DNA of 64,000 nt from Gemmatales bacterium (GTDB taxonomy: Bacteria > Planctomycetota > Planctomycetia > Gemmatales > HRBIN36). The notes below the pieces were generated by a model. The model searched no databases. It saw only the letters and a program-made list of their open reading frames with translations, and had not been told where the DNA came from. The translations under genes were made by a program, and so were the position numbers. Below are positions 31,092-40,674 of the stretch, one piece after another. Numbering within the stretch: the stretch's first letter is position 1; each line of letters opens with the position of its first letter. The stretch spans positions 224,001-288,000 of the forward strand of contig JBEPZY010000005.1 of NCBI GenBank assembly GCA_041640595.1, written 5' to 3'.

Positions 31092-31808
31092 ATGAACGAA
31101 GGTTCGCTGCGAAATCCGGACGGGGTGGTGCGGCTTTTTCCATTGCCGAACGTGGTCTTGTTTCCCCATGCGATGCAACCCTTGCACATCTTCGAGCCGC
31201 GTTACATTCGATTGACGGAAGACACCCTGGCTGACGACGGTCTGATCACATTGGTGTTGCTCAAGCCCGGCTGGGAAGCTAATTACTGGGGACGCCCGCC
31301 GATTTACGATGTTGGATGCGTCGGCCGTATTCGTGAACACGAGCGTTTGCCCAATGGTCGCTACAATCTGGTCTTGCAGGGTTTATGCCGATTTCGCATC
31401 GAGAGCGAGATCGCGGCGACTACGCCCTATCGCCAGGCCAAGGGCTGGGCGATGCCTGATCCCGATATTGGTGTGGAGTGCCTGCAGCCTGCCGATAATC
31501 TCAGCCCACAGATGTTACTGAAGCGTGAAATACTGCGGGAACTCCGTTTGCGATTGACGCAGGAGCATCCGTTGTGGGAAATGCTGGAAACTCTGACGGA
31601 GCTACCGGTGCCCTTGGCCGTTACCTGCGACATGCTGGCCTTCGTGTTGCCTTTGGCGACGCGGGTCAAGCAACATCTCCTCGAAACCTTCGATGTGGAG
31701 CAGCGGGCTCAAGGTTTACTGCGGGCGGTGCGGCAATTGAAGTTACTGGAAACTTTGCCCATGCCGCGCGAAGCACCTCCCTTTCCTCCCTATTTCAGCC
31801 CCAATTAG
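31092..31808 (+). CDS. Lon protease N-terminal substrate-binding domain protein
   Basis: LFPLPNVVLFP..LHIFEPRY, GRYNLVLQG.RFRI. Confidence 0.88.
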   Translation: MNEGSLRNPDGVVRLFPLPNVVLFPHAMQPLHIFEPRYIRLTEDTLADDGLITLVLLKPGWEANYWGRPPIYDVGCVGRIREHERLPNGRYNLVLQGLCRFRIESEIAATTPYRQAKGWAMPDPDIGVECLQPADNLSPQMLLKREILRELRLRLTQEHPLWEMLETLTELPVPLAVTCDMLAFVLPLATRVKQHLLETFDVEQRAQGLLRAVRQLKLLETLPMPREAPPFPPYFSPN

Positions 31809-31814
31809 GCCGGC

Positions 31815-32600
31815 ATGGAGCGACAGCTTCAGGGTAACTGGTACGATTTTCCGCAGTATTACGAAAGCTTTTTCCGCAAGGAAACTGCCCGAGAGGTGCA
31901 ATTTATCGAAAAAGTGCTCGAGCAGTTGGCTACCATTCCGGTCAAGACGCTGGTGGAGCTGGGCTGCGGAGGTGGCCGACTTTCGCTGGCGCTGGCGCGA
32001 CGCGGTTATCGAGTGTACGGGGTGGATTGCAACCCTCGGGCACTGGCCTGGTTTCAACAACGAGCCGAACGGCAAGGCCTGACCGCGTATCCGGTACTGG
32101 GCGACCTGGCCAATTTCACCTTGCCGGAATCGGTGGAACTGGCCGTTTGTACCTTCAATACCTTCCGCCATCTGCTCAGAGAACAAGCTGCCCGCAGACA
32201 TCTGACGTTGCTGGCCGAATATGTAAGGCCGGGTGGCCTGTACATTCTCGGCTTCCATCTGTTGCCTCTGGACGTAGCGGAAGAGGATGAAGAGCGCTGG
32301 TCAGCACGACTGGGTTGGCTGCGTTTGCACGCACGGCTGCGAGTCGAGCGAATGGATCGCCGAAAGCGCCGCGAATGGTTGCGACTGGTAATGACCGTGC
32401 GCGGCCCCAGGAAGCGCTTGCGTTTAGAGTCCCGTTTTGCTTTTCGAATCTACACCCGCGAACAATTCCTTCGTTTGTTGCAAAGTGTGCCTGCCTGGCA
32501 GCTGGTGAGCGTGTTCGATTTCTGGTACGATTGGCGTCATCCTCGGCAGCTGGATGACCGGCTTACCGATGCGGTCTTCGTGCTCCGCCGACGAGAATAG
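31815..32600 (+). CDS. Class I SAM-dependent methyltransferase
   Basis: ELGCGGGR motif I, GVD, RPGGLY. Confidence 0.88.
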   Translation: MERQLQGNWYDFPQYYESFFRKETAREVQFIEKVLEQLATIPVKTLVELGCGGGRLSLALARRGYRVYGVDCNPRALAWFQQRAERQGLTAYPVLGDLANFTLPESVELAVCTFNTFRHLLREQAARRHLTLLAEYVRPGGLYILGFHLLPLDVAEEDEERWSARLGWLRLHARLRVERMDRRKRREWLRLVMTVRGPRKRLRLESRFAFRIYTREQFLRLLQSVPAWQLVSVFDFWYDWRHPRQLDDRLTDAVFVLRRRE

Positions 32601-32858
32601 ACAAGCCAACGGTGCGGAAAGACGAACACCGCCGCCGGGCGGGTTGTACTGTGCCCATCCGATATGATGGCGGTCGTTTCTTCACAGCCCGTTGTAACGA
32701 CGCAGGGCAAGATTGACTATGCAAATCAGCCCCGCAAGCATCAGCACCTTCGCTCACTGTCTCCCGGGGTGCCACTAGGCGGGCTATAGAACGCACAGCC
32801 GAGTGCTTCTCAGTTTCGTCCCTCGGCCGTCGCTATGTCCCCGTTTGCTGCTCGGCTG

Positions 32859-33845
32859 CTATTGCACTTGAGCCAGGAAAGGCAGTTCGACTTCGCGCTC
32901 GGCCGGCAGGTCAGTTACAATGCGGATGGTTTGCCTCACCTCGCCGGCACTGGCAGGCGTGCGATAGCGAATGGTCACCAGATGGACGGTTTTGTTCTCA
33001 TCGGGCTGCCAGACAAATTCCAGGTTCGGATCGTCTGCGGAAATTTTGAGGATACGGAAAGCAGAGCTTGCCCGGACAATGACTCGTCGCTCTATTGTGA
33101 CTCCAGCAGCAACGCGGCCCAGATGCACTTCTTTCGGCGTAACTACCAGGGCCGGTTCTACTTCAACGGTAACCGGCACCAGTATGCGATTGCCATCGTT
33201 CGAGCGCAGCCACAGTTCGGCGTACCAGGAACCGACAGGAACATCGGGCCGCAGTTTCGTCGTCAACCGGTATTGCACCTGGGAAGTATCGCGGCGAATT
33301 TCTTGCAGGGATGGTTGCAGGTAGGCATTGTCGTTTTCGACGCTGACAATCTGCCAATCTGGCGAGCCGTAACGGGTTATGACCACGCTAGCCTCTGCCG
33401 CTTGCCCCCGCGTAATGCGACCAAAGGCCAGTTGACTGGGCGAGAAGGACACGTCTTCCCGGCTGAGGGCCTGGACCACGAACTGCAACTCCTGAACTAC
33501 CGGCTCTTCCAGCAGCACGAAGATGGTGAAAACGCGATGGCCGACGTACTTGCCCGTATCCACGGTCACGTTCAAGCTGGCCGATTGGCCAGGCGGAACT
33601 TCGCGTTTGTCCACACTGGCAGTTGCACAAACGCAAGAGGTGCGGACACTGGCGATTTTCATCGGCCGGTCGAAGGGATTCTGGATCGTGAACTGGTGCC
33701 GACAGAGCACACCGCGTGGCACTGAACCAAAATCTTTCGTGGTGGAGGTAACCAGCGGTCGCGTGTCTGTGACCTGCGACCAACTCTGCGAAGCAAGGGC
33801 GACCAGAACCGCGACTGCCACCATCTTACTTGAGCCGCGACTCAT
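32859..33845 (-). CDS. DUF1573-type exported Ig-like repeat protein
   Basis: Signal peptide, KDFGSVPRG, RTSCVC; GGAGG SD. Confidence 0.82.
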   Translation of the reverse strand: MSRGSSKMVAVAVLVALASQSWSQVTDTRPLVTSTTKDFGSVPRGVLCRHQFTIQNPFDRPMKIASVRTSCVCATASVDKREVPPGQSASLNVTVDTGKYVGHRVFTIFVLLEEPVVQELQFVVQALSREDVSFSPSQLAFGRITRGQAAEASVVITRYGSPDWQIVSVENDNAYLQPSLQEIRRDTSQVQYRLTTKLRPDVPVGSWYAELWLRSNDGNRILVPVTVEVEPALVVTPKEVHLGRVAAGVTIERRVIVRASSAFRILKISADDPNLEFVWQPDENKTVHLVTIRYRTPASAGEVRQTIRIVTDLPAEREVELPFLAQVQ

Positions 33846-34332
33846 AAATCCTCCGTTTACCGCACAGGCCGTCTCGGTAGGTCATAAGCAAGTGGGATGG
33901 CTGGCCCGTTGGTTTGGAAAGCGAGCCTGGCGATGTTCTGGCTCGCTGCTTTCTAGGTCCGAGACGCACCTGCTCTGGCTTAGTATCGCCCAGGTCATAG
34001 CCGACTGCTGAGTGTTCCACTGCCCGCCTGGTCGCACGGGAAAACATCCGTAACGAAGCTGCGGATTGATCGGACTACGTCGAATTTGCCGATAGTGCCG
34101 GTTTTAGGCCCCGGTAGTCTGTCCAACCGGGTCGCCCACAACACTGCGGGCTTAGTCCATTTTCTGCAATAGCCCCAAGCAGCTTCCCGACACCGACGGG
34201 CACGCATTCTGTCCATCAAATTTCTTCGATTCACTGCGAAAAGTTGTCACATGCATAAACCCTCGCACGTTATTACTTTGGACGCTCACAAAAACTTACT
34301 CATGCGGTGAGCGCTAAAAAGGAGTTTTTGCA

Positions 34333-35934
34333 ATGAGTCAATCGGAATTTGGCTATCTGCCCAGCTTTGAAAGCTACTACACGGGTGCCGCCCAGCGTCG
34401 AGCATCTGGCGAGCATCCCACTCAGGAAGGAGAACCTATGAACGCAAGTCAACCGCAATTTCCGCACTCCGAAGGCCAGGCGGCGCAAGGCCAAATCCAG
34501 CACCGAGAAACCACGAACGCGAGCCAAGCGCAAGCTGCCGAGGTAATTGAGAAAGGGCAAAGCGAAGGTCGCTGCGAACACGTCGCCACTGAAGGCCAGA
34601 CACCAGCCCAGCAATCGCCATCTGCGGAAGGCGTCCAGGGCGATCAGAACGAGGGTCAAAAGATGAAAACGGAGTCAATGACAAGCGGTCTGGATAACCA
34701 GGACTTGGTCTCCAGGCTCGGCCAACAGATGAACGCGGGGTTGGTTCCGGTCAAGACGGAAGCACAGGAAAAGGAGAATGGTATGGATGATTTACAAAAA
34801 GATGCAGCATCGGCAAAGCAATTGACCGACTCCGACGCACCAAACCCATCTGCCGAATCTGATTACCCATCTGCCGACTCTGATTGCTTGCAGTCCAGCA
34901 ACTTGGAGGGTGATGCAGCGCTTAGCAGGTACACCCCTGCCGAGGTTGTCAGAACCTTCGTCGAGAAACTCCTCGATATGTTCAGGAAAAAGCGGCAGTT
35001 CACATTTTTGTTGATAGGGAGAACCGGTGTAGGCAAGTCGAGCATCATCAATTCGCTCATGGGCGAGCAAGTCGCTCCCACGGACGAGTTTGAGCCCAAA
35101 ACAGTTACCGTTGACGAATATACTTTCGAGCATAATGGCCACAGCTTCGTCCTGATTGACACACCAGGTTTGTGCGACGCACTGCCTAGCTTCAAGCATG
35201 ACCGCAAGTACATGCGAAAGATTGCCGATAAACTTAAATCCAAGCAGCGAGATGTCGATTGTGTCCTCTACGTAACCCCACTTGACGAAACGCGGGTGCG
35301 AGCGGATGAGCAATACGCCATCAAATTCCTGAGCAAGTGCCTGAGCGAGAAACTGCGCAGAGAATTTTGGAAGCATGCGGTCATCGTCTTTACGTTTGCG
35401 GACAAGGTTAGTCCTGCCGACTTTATGAATCGTTTGAACCGCCGCAAGGAACTGATCCAGAAGGAGATCGAAAAGTACGCCGGCAAAACTGCTCAGAAAA
35501 TCCCAGCAGTCCCGGTATCCAACACTGGCAGGAAAACACCTGATGGACGGGAATGGCTGGGTGAACTGTTCACGGCAATAGTAGAACGCTCCAGCCGTAG
35601 TGGCCGATGTTTTTTCCTAAGCGCAATGAGCCAGGAAGTAGGCGGCGCAAACGGAGGAAAGGCCACTAAAAATCACGACCGTCGATCACAGGAGCTAGTG
35701 CCGGTACGGCCTTCGGACGATCCGACCCACGGATGGAACGAAATCAACCAGCCCCAGCCACGCATTGTTTTAGAGGAAGCGCAACGTCAACGGGTACGGA
35801 AAGCTTTAGTCGCCGGCACGGTGGGAATGGCAGCTGGTGCTGTACTGGGCACGGTGTTCGGCCCCATCGGAACAGCTATAGGTGCGGCTGTCGGAGGAGC
35901 TTTCGGAGCCTTTCTCAGGTGGCTATTCTCTTAG
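34333..35934 (+). CDS. Toc34/AIG1-like TRAFAC GTPase with disordered N-terminus and C-terminal glycine-zipper membrane anchor
   Basis: G1 GRTGVGKSS, G3 DTPG, DCVLYVTPLDETRV, FWKHAVIVFTFAD; C-terminal GxxxG repeats. Confidence 0.85.
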   Translation: MSQSEFGYLPSFESYYTGAAQRRASGEHPTQEGEPMNASQPQFPHSEGQAAQGQIQHRETTNASQAQAAEVIEKGQSEGRCEHVATEGQTPAQQSPSAEGVQGDQNEGQKMKTESMTSGLDNQDLVSRLGQQMNAGLVPVKTEAQEKENGMDDLQKDAASAKQLTDSDAPNPSAESDYPSADSDCLQSSNLEGDAALSRYTPAEVVRTFVEKLLDMFRKKRQFTFLLIGRTGVGKSSIINSLMGEQVAPTDEFEPKTVTVDEYTFEHNGHSFVLIDTPGLCDALPSFKHDRKYMRKIADKLKSKQRDVDCVLYVTPLDETRVRADEQYAIKFLSKCLSEKLRREFWKHAVIVFTFADKVSPADFMNRLNRRKELIQKEIEKYAGKTAQKIPAVPVSNTGRKTPDGREWLGELFTAIVERSSRSGRCFFLSAMSQEVGGANGGKATKNHDRRSQELVPVRPSDDPTHGWNEINQPQPRIVLEEAQRQRVRKALVAGTVGMAAGAVLGTVFGPIGTAIGAAVGGAFGAFLRWLFS

Positions 35935-36007
35935 GGACAGCGCCAGGCCGAATTCCATTGACCTGCGAATCTGTAGTACATCGGGCGCAGCACACGCCGG
36001 TCCAATT

Positions 36008-37087
36008 TTACGGTAGCGCAATGATTCCAAGGACGGCGAGGGATTCCAGTGATGCGCCGGTAACCGAGCAACGCGGTAAATACAGGCGGTAAGGTTCAGG
36101 GTCGCCGGGCAAACAGTAACCGGCGTTGTATTCCAGCGACCAGGGCGGTTGAGCGCCCAGGTTGTACGGCAGCAGGGCCAGGTCGAGGTAGAATTTGCCC
36201 GCCGACAAAAACGGTTGGAAAATCCCGGCATCCCAACCGTACCTTTCCACGTTCTTGTCCTCGAAGTAGAGAGGCTGATAACGGGTAACAGGGGCCGGGA
36301 TGGTACTTACCAACCGCGGCCAGTCACGCCCCTGGTAGGTCGTGCCGGGAGCTGCAATCGGCACATCCGCGGGAAAGACGGCTCGGGAACTGTGGTCGCG
36401 CTGCTCCTGGCGGATACGTTCGCGTAACTGCTGTTCCGATTCAAGCCGGAACAGGCGTTCCGGTCCCGGTACTTCGAGCGGTTCAACGTATGCGGATGGA
36501 AGAGGCGGCCTGGCAGTTTCGTCTTTGCCCGCTTGCAAAGTGGCCGGCCTCGGGCCTGGGATTAGCGTTGCCGGCAAGGGAGCTAACGACGGCGAGGCTT
36601 CCGCTGGCAAACCGGCAGGGTGAATTTCCGGCTGAGCAGGTGCACGAGCAGGCGCTTCTAAACGTATCTCCGGAATCTGTCGGCGGTTGGTGTTGCCGGA
36701 AGTAGAACCAGGTCGGCTGTCTAACCGGTCGCCTGGTTGAGTTATGGTTGGCGATGACGCTTGGATTTCAGACGGCCTGGAGGGTGGGTCTTCCGGCAGG
36801 ACCAGGCGGTAAACTGGGGCATGTTCCCGCTCGGTGGTGCGATTTTTTTCCTGGTCACTGGGCAAAACCAGGCGATAAGCAGGGGCGTTGGTTTTGCCGG
36901 TAGGAACAGGTTGCTGTGCGTATATTGCAGACGCGGTTGCTCCCAGGACTATTAGCAGGCCGCCCACAGTTTGAAGACAACCGCAGGCCAGCCAGCGTGT
37001 CGTCAGTGGAAACTTACTCGACCGTGGCGTCGGCGTATTCGTAACTGGTGCTGTAATTCGGCGCTTCCTGGGTAATGGTAATGTCAT
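36008..37087 (-). CDS. Exported Pro-rich hypothetical protein (planctomycete-type PLYFED..ERYG domain)
   Basis: Signal-like segment ending AIYA-QQP; conserved-looking C-terminal [24 protein letters not shown]. True start uncertain. Confidence 0.7.
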   Translation of the reverse strand: MTLPLPRKRRITAPVTNTPTPRSSKFPLTTRWLACGCLQTVGGLLIVLGATASAIYAQQPVPTGKTNAPAYRLVLPSDQEKNRTTEREHAPVYRLVLPEDPPSRPSEIQASSPTITQPGDRLDSRPGSTSGNTNRRQIPEIRLEAPARAPAQPEIHPAGLPAEASPSLAPLPATLIPGPRPATLQAGKDETARPPLPSAYVEPLEVPGPERLFRLESEQQLRERIRQEQRDHSSRAVFPADVPIAAPGTTYQGRDWPRLVSTIPAPVTRYQPLYFEDKNVERYGWDAGIFQPFLSAGKFYLDLALLPYNLGAQPPWSLEYNAGYCLPGDPEPYRLYLPRCSVTGASLESLAVLGIIALP

Positions 37088-38504
37088 GGGGATGGCTCTC
37101 CCTTACTGACGCCGGGGTCACCAGGATAAAGCGAGTGCGCGTGCGCAGTTCTTCGATGTTGCGACAGCCACAGTAGCCCATCCCCGCTCGCAGACCGCCT
37201 ACCAGTTGATACACGAAGGGAGACAGCGGCCCCTTATAAGGCACGCGGCCTTCCACGCCTTCCGGGACTAACTTACCCGGCGTGGCATCTTGATCTTTGC
37301 CAGCCTGGCGATAGCGTTCACTGGAGCCGGACATCATCGCTCCCAGCGAACCCATGCCGCGATAGGCTTTGAAAGTTCGGCCCTTGTAAATGATGACCTG
37401 ACCGGGACTTTCGGCGACGCCCGCAAACAGTCCACCGATCATCACGCTGTGGGCACCAGCAGCAATCGCCTTGGTAATGTCGCCTGAGTAACGGATGCCG
37501 CCGTCGGCTATGACTGGTATGCCTGTCCCTTCCAGGGCCTTGACCGCGTTGGCAATGGCCGTAATTTGCGGAACGCCCACACCGGAAATAACTCGTGTGG
37601 TGCAGATCGAGCCTGGCCCGATACCCACCTTAACCGCGTCGGCACCGGCATCCGCAAGAGCCTTCGCACCTTCTTCAGTCGCCACATTCCCCGCTATCAC
37701 ATCTATATTGAACATTTTCTTGATTTTGCGCACTGTCTCCAGCACATTTGCGGAATGGCCATGCGCAGAGTCCACTACTAGCACATCCACTTCCGCTTTG
37801 ACAAGCGACTCGGCTCGCTCGAAATCGTACACCCCTATGGCTGCTCCTACACGCAGTCGGCCACGTTTGTCCTTGCAGGCGTTGGGATAATTCATCATTT
37901 TGTCAATGTCTTTGATGGTGATCAGTCCCTTCAGTCTGTTATTTTCGTCCACCAGCAAAAGTTTCTCGACCTTATTTGCCGTCAAAATCCGACTGGCCGA
38001 TTCCAGCGTTGTATCTTCCGGAGCCGTTACAAGGTTTTCTTTCGTCATAACTTCGCTTACCCGCTGGTTGTTGTCGGTCAGGAAACGCAAGTCCCGGCGG
38101 GTGATGATACCGCGAAGATAACCGTTCTCGGTAATCGGAATGCCGCTCACCTTGTATTGTTCCATCAATCGGCGTGCCTGGCCGACGGTCGCGTCGGGTG
38201 GCAGGGTAACCGGATCGGTGATGATGCCGTTTTCTGAGCGTTTGACTTTTTCCACTTCACGGGTCTGGTCTTCGATGGACATGTTCTTATGGATGATGCC
38301 CATGCCGCCTTCCTGGGCCAGGGCGATAGCCAGGTCGCTCTCGGTCACCGTGTCCATGGGCGACGAGACAAGCGGGATATTGATGCGAATGTTGCGAGTA
38401 AGCCAGGTGCGGACATCTACCTCCCGCGGCAACACGTCGCTATAACCGGGTTCCAGCAATACGTCGTCAAAGGTGATGCCGTGATAGGCAATGCGTTCCC
38501 ACAT
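37014..38504 (-). CDS. guaB: IMP dehydrogenase
   Basis: [19 protein letters not shown] pair, [30 protein letters not shown] before ATG 38504. Confidence 0.98.
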   Translation of the reverse strand: MWERIAYHGITFDDVLLEPGYSDVLPREVDVRTWLTRNIRINIPLVSSPMDTVTESDLAIALAQEGGMGIIHKNMSIEDQTREVEKVKRSENGIITDPVTLPPDATVGQARRLMEQYKVSGIPITENGYLRGIITRRDLRFLTDNNQRVSEVMTKENLVTAPEDTTLESASRILTANKVEKLLLVDENNRLKGLITIKDIDKMMNYPNACKDKRGRLRVGAAIGVYDFERAESLVKAEVDVLVVDSAHGHSANVLETVRKIKKMFNIDVIAGNVATEEGAKALADAGADAVKVGIGPGSICTTRVISGVGVPQITAIANAVKALEGTGIPVIADGGIRYSGDITKAIAAGAHSVMIGGLFAGVAESPGQVIIYKGRTFKAYRGMGSLGAMMSGSSERYRQAGKDQDATPGKLVPEGVEGRVPYKGPLSPFVYQLVGGLRAGMGYCGCRNIEELRTRTRFILVTPASVRESHPHDITITQEAPNYSTSYEYADATVE

Positions 38505-38538
38505 GGCGAGCCTCCGTGTGGCTAATGGCGAACTGGCG

Positions 38539-38559
38539 AATGAGGTTTTCCTCATTATA
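38539..38559 (-). promoter_or_regulatory. guaB -10 box (TATAAT) overlapped by perfect palindrome AATGAGG-TTTT-CCTCATT
   Basis: TATAAT on minus strand at 38559-38554; palindrome at 38539-38556. Confidence 0.55.
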
Positions 38560-38932
38560 GGTGCAGGCTTTAAGTTTTTGCGAATTGGGGAGTAGCAGCT
38601 GGCCAGTCGTTCAGTGCTGAAGTCTGCAACGATGGATGAGGGTTGTCCCTTCCCCGAGCGGATGGATGTAGTGGTCGGCCTGGTGGTTAGTGGTGAAGTG
38701 TGAAACGAGGAATGGCCAATGACCGATTAGCTTCGCGCTGGCTGGTGTGGCATTTACTACGCTAGCCAGGAAGATTCCACTCGCGTTTGCTGTACATTTC
38801 GCGCTTGCGGCAAAAGATGCGATTAGACAGCGTGTTTGCCATACAGTTGTTTGTTTTCGGCCGTGCGGACAGGTAGGAGCTTCCAGAATCGCAAACCAGT
38901 AAGCAAAGCAGCTCGTAAGCACGCCCTGGTCT

Positions 38933-39781
38933 TTACTGAGCGGGTGACGCAGGTTCTACTCTGAGACCGTCGGCGCGGATGGCGCGAATCCCCGGCAGCT
39001 GCGACACGAATTGCAGCAACTCCCGCCGATCTTCAACGGACTCGACTGTGCCGGTCAGCACCAGCGTCGTGCCCTGCAAAACGAATTGCACCTGGCGGTA
39101 CCGCCATTGCTTGCGCAGATACTGTTCGAGGAGCAGCTTCGTAGAAGTCTGGTTCGAGTTCGGAGTGGGCCAGACGCCTAACATGCCGGCGGTCGTCTCC
39201 GCTTGCGGTGGCAGCAGGGTGGGCAAACGGAAGATCGCTTCCGGCGGTGTGGAGTTCGTTGCAGACCTTTCTGAATGCAGCGAGGAGAAGGTTACTGCGG
39301 GCAATCCCATGGGAGGCGGAGCAATCCCGCTGCCGTCGGTTTTCCACGGTTCATCCACAGGCGGCAATTGTCGGCGAAAGGCTCGTCCCGACCAGCTGTC
39401 GGCCTGGATTCGCAACCGTTCTCGCAGCTGACGGACACCTGGCACCGAGCGAACTACCTGCAGCACCCGATCACGCAAACTGGCACTGGGAACCGGCCCA
39501 TCTAATTCGACCACCCCGCCACGTACCACCACTATCAAATTGTGCCGGGACAATTCCGGGTCTGCAAAAAGAGCGGCACGCACTCGCCCCATCAGGTCCC
39601 AATCGTCCAGAAGATCGCCGCCAGAAAGTGCCGATCGGTTCTGGTCGTGTGCTGCATGTGGCGCTGCGCTGGTTGCATCACCGGGCAGATGATTCTGGGC
39701 CAGGCTTGCCGGGATCGTGCAACTCGCTGCGGCAGCCACCGCCAGCAACCGCGATAATCCAGACAGCTTGCGACCGATCAT
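38933..39781 (-). CDS. Exported protein with two BON domains
   Basis: Signal peptide; VRAAL..V.VRGGVVELDG.V..VPGV and LVLTGTV..LPGI BON patterns separated by a Pro/Ser linker. Confidence 0.8.
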   Translation of the reverse strand: MIGRKLSGLSRLLAVAAAASCTIPASLAQNHLPGDATSAAPHAAHDQNRSALSGGDLLDDWDLMGRVRAALFADPELSRHNLIVVVRGGVVELDGPVPSASLRDRVLQVVRSVPGVRQLRERLRIQADSWSGRAFRRQLPPVDEPWKTDGSGIAPPPMGLPAVTFSSLHSERSATNSTPPEAIFRLPTLLPPQAETTAGMLGVWPTPNSNQTSTKLLLEQYLRKQWRYRQVQFVLQGTTLVLTGTVESVEDRRELLQFVSQLPGIRAIRADGLRVEPASPAQ

Positions 39782-40183
39782 GGTGAGCTCATCCCAGGTG
39801 CTATTGGCAGAGCTTGTGACCGTTCGCGGCGGATGTGGTCAGCCCAATCTCGCCGCTCAAGGTTTAGGTGCTTGCGGAAGCTTTCCCCACTGCGAGACGT
39901 ACAATCGCGATCTGCACCGGCCTCGTCAGCTAGCCGCCAGTGTTACGGGAAATGTCCATGCTTCGGCGAGCCAGCGCTCCTCGGCCTATTGCGTTTGAAC
40001 CCGCCCGGCACAGGTGATGCAAGAATTCTGTTCCCTTAGGTCCCTCTGCGCCGACTGGGAAGCGACAAGATCAGGCTGGCCTGTCTTGAATTACAGGAGT
40101 CCTGCGGCATCCGGTTTCGTTCGAGGGCAGGCCAGAAAGCGTCGGCATCATGCCGTGCCGAAATTGCGCCCGTTTTGGTCGGC

Positions 40184-40343
40184 CTACGCAAGCGTCGCAT
40201 CGCTCCTTCTCGAGTGTCGCTTAGCTAATCCCGTGTCCGCCTCGATTATGACCGAGACTACGCAGGCGCCGCGTTGCTCCTCATTCGGTCCCCCAAGAGT
40301 CGGACAAGTGCGGCTATTCAGATAAGCCTGTGCAAACGTCGCG
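40184..40343. repeat. Degenerate three-copy repeat, period 70-74 bp
   Basis: CTACGCAAGCGTCGCATCGCTCC (40184), CTACGCAGGCGCCGCGTTGCTCC (40258, 19/23), CTGTGCAAACGTCGCG (40328, partial). Confidence 0.65.
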
Positions 40344-40350
40344 CCTCGTA

Positions 40351-40446
40351 GGGTACCGCTCCCTTTCGGTCTGCTGAAAATGGGCGTCAATCGGCTGCAC
40401 CAGTCGAAACCGTCTGGGTACCGCTCCCTTTCGGTCCGCTGGAAAT
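40351..40446. repeat. 31-bp direct repeat pair with 34-bp spacer (CRISPR-like geometry, no cas)
   Basis: GGGTACCGCTCCCTTTCGGTCTGCTGAAAAT (40351-40381) and GGGTACCGCTCCCTTTCGGTCCGCTGGAAAT (40416-40446), 29/31 identical. Confidence 0.9.
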
Positions 40447-40674
40447 CCCTCCCAAAGCAATATGCCGACATCCTGGTTCCTCGACCAGTCCTTCGCCTCG
40501 CATCGGACGGGAAAAACTAGCTTTTTCTGCCCGCATCCACCGCACCACCGTTAGATTCGGCATGAGCAGGCGAGAACGCTGGCTGGGCAACGCCGGTAGA
40601 GCAAACCGTGTGAGGTAGCTATGAGGTGCATATCCTTGTCTCGTCTCCGGCATGGACTGGAATCGCAACGTCTT

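Noticed and set aside
38560..38932. Purine riboswitch or small ORF upstream of guaB
   Set aside because: No purine aptamer core recognised, and the likely promoter lies downstream of this interval
40351..40560. Integron attC site (GCTCCCTT.CGGTC.GCT core and GTTAGAT at ~40550)
   Set aside because: No matching RYYYAAC inverse core at a suitable distance and no integron integrase in the window
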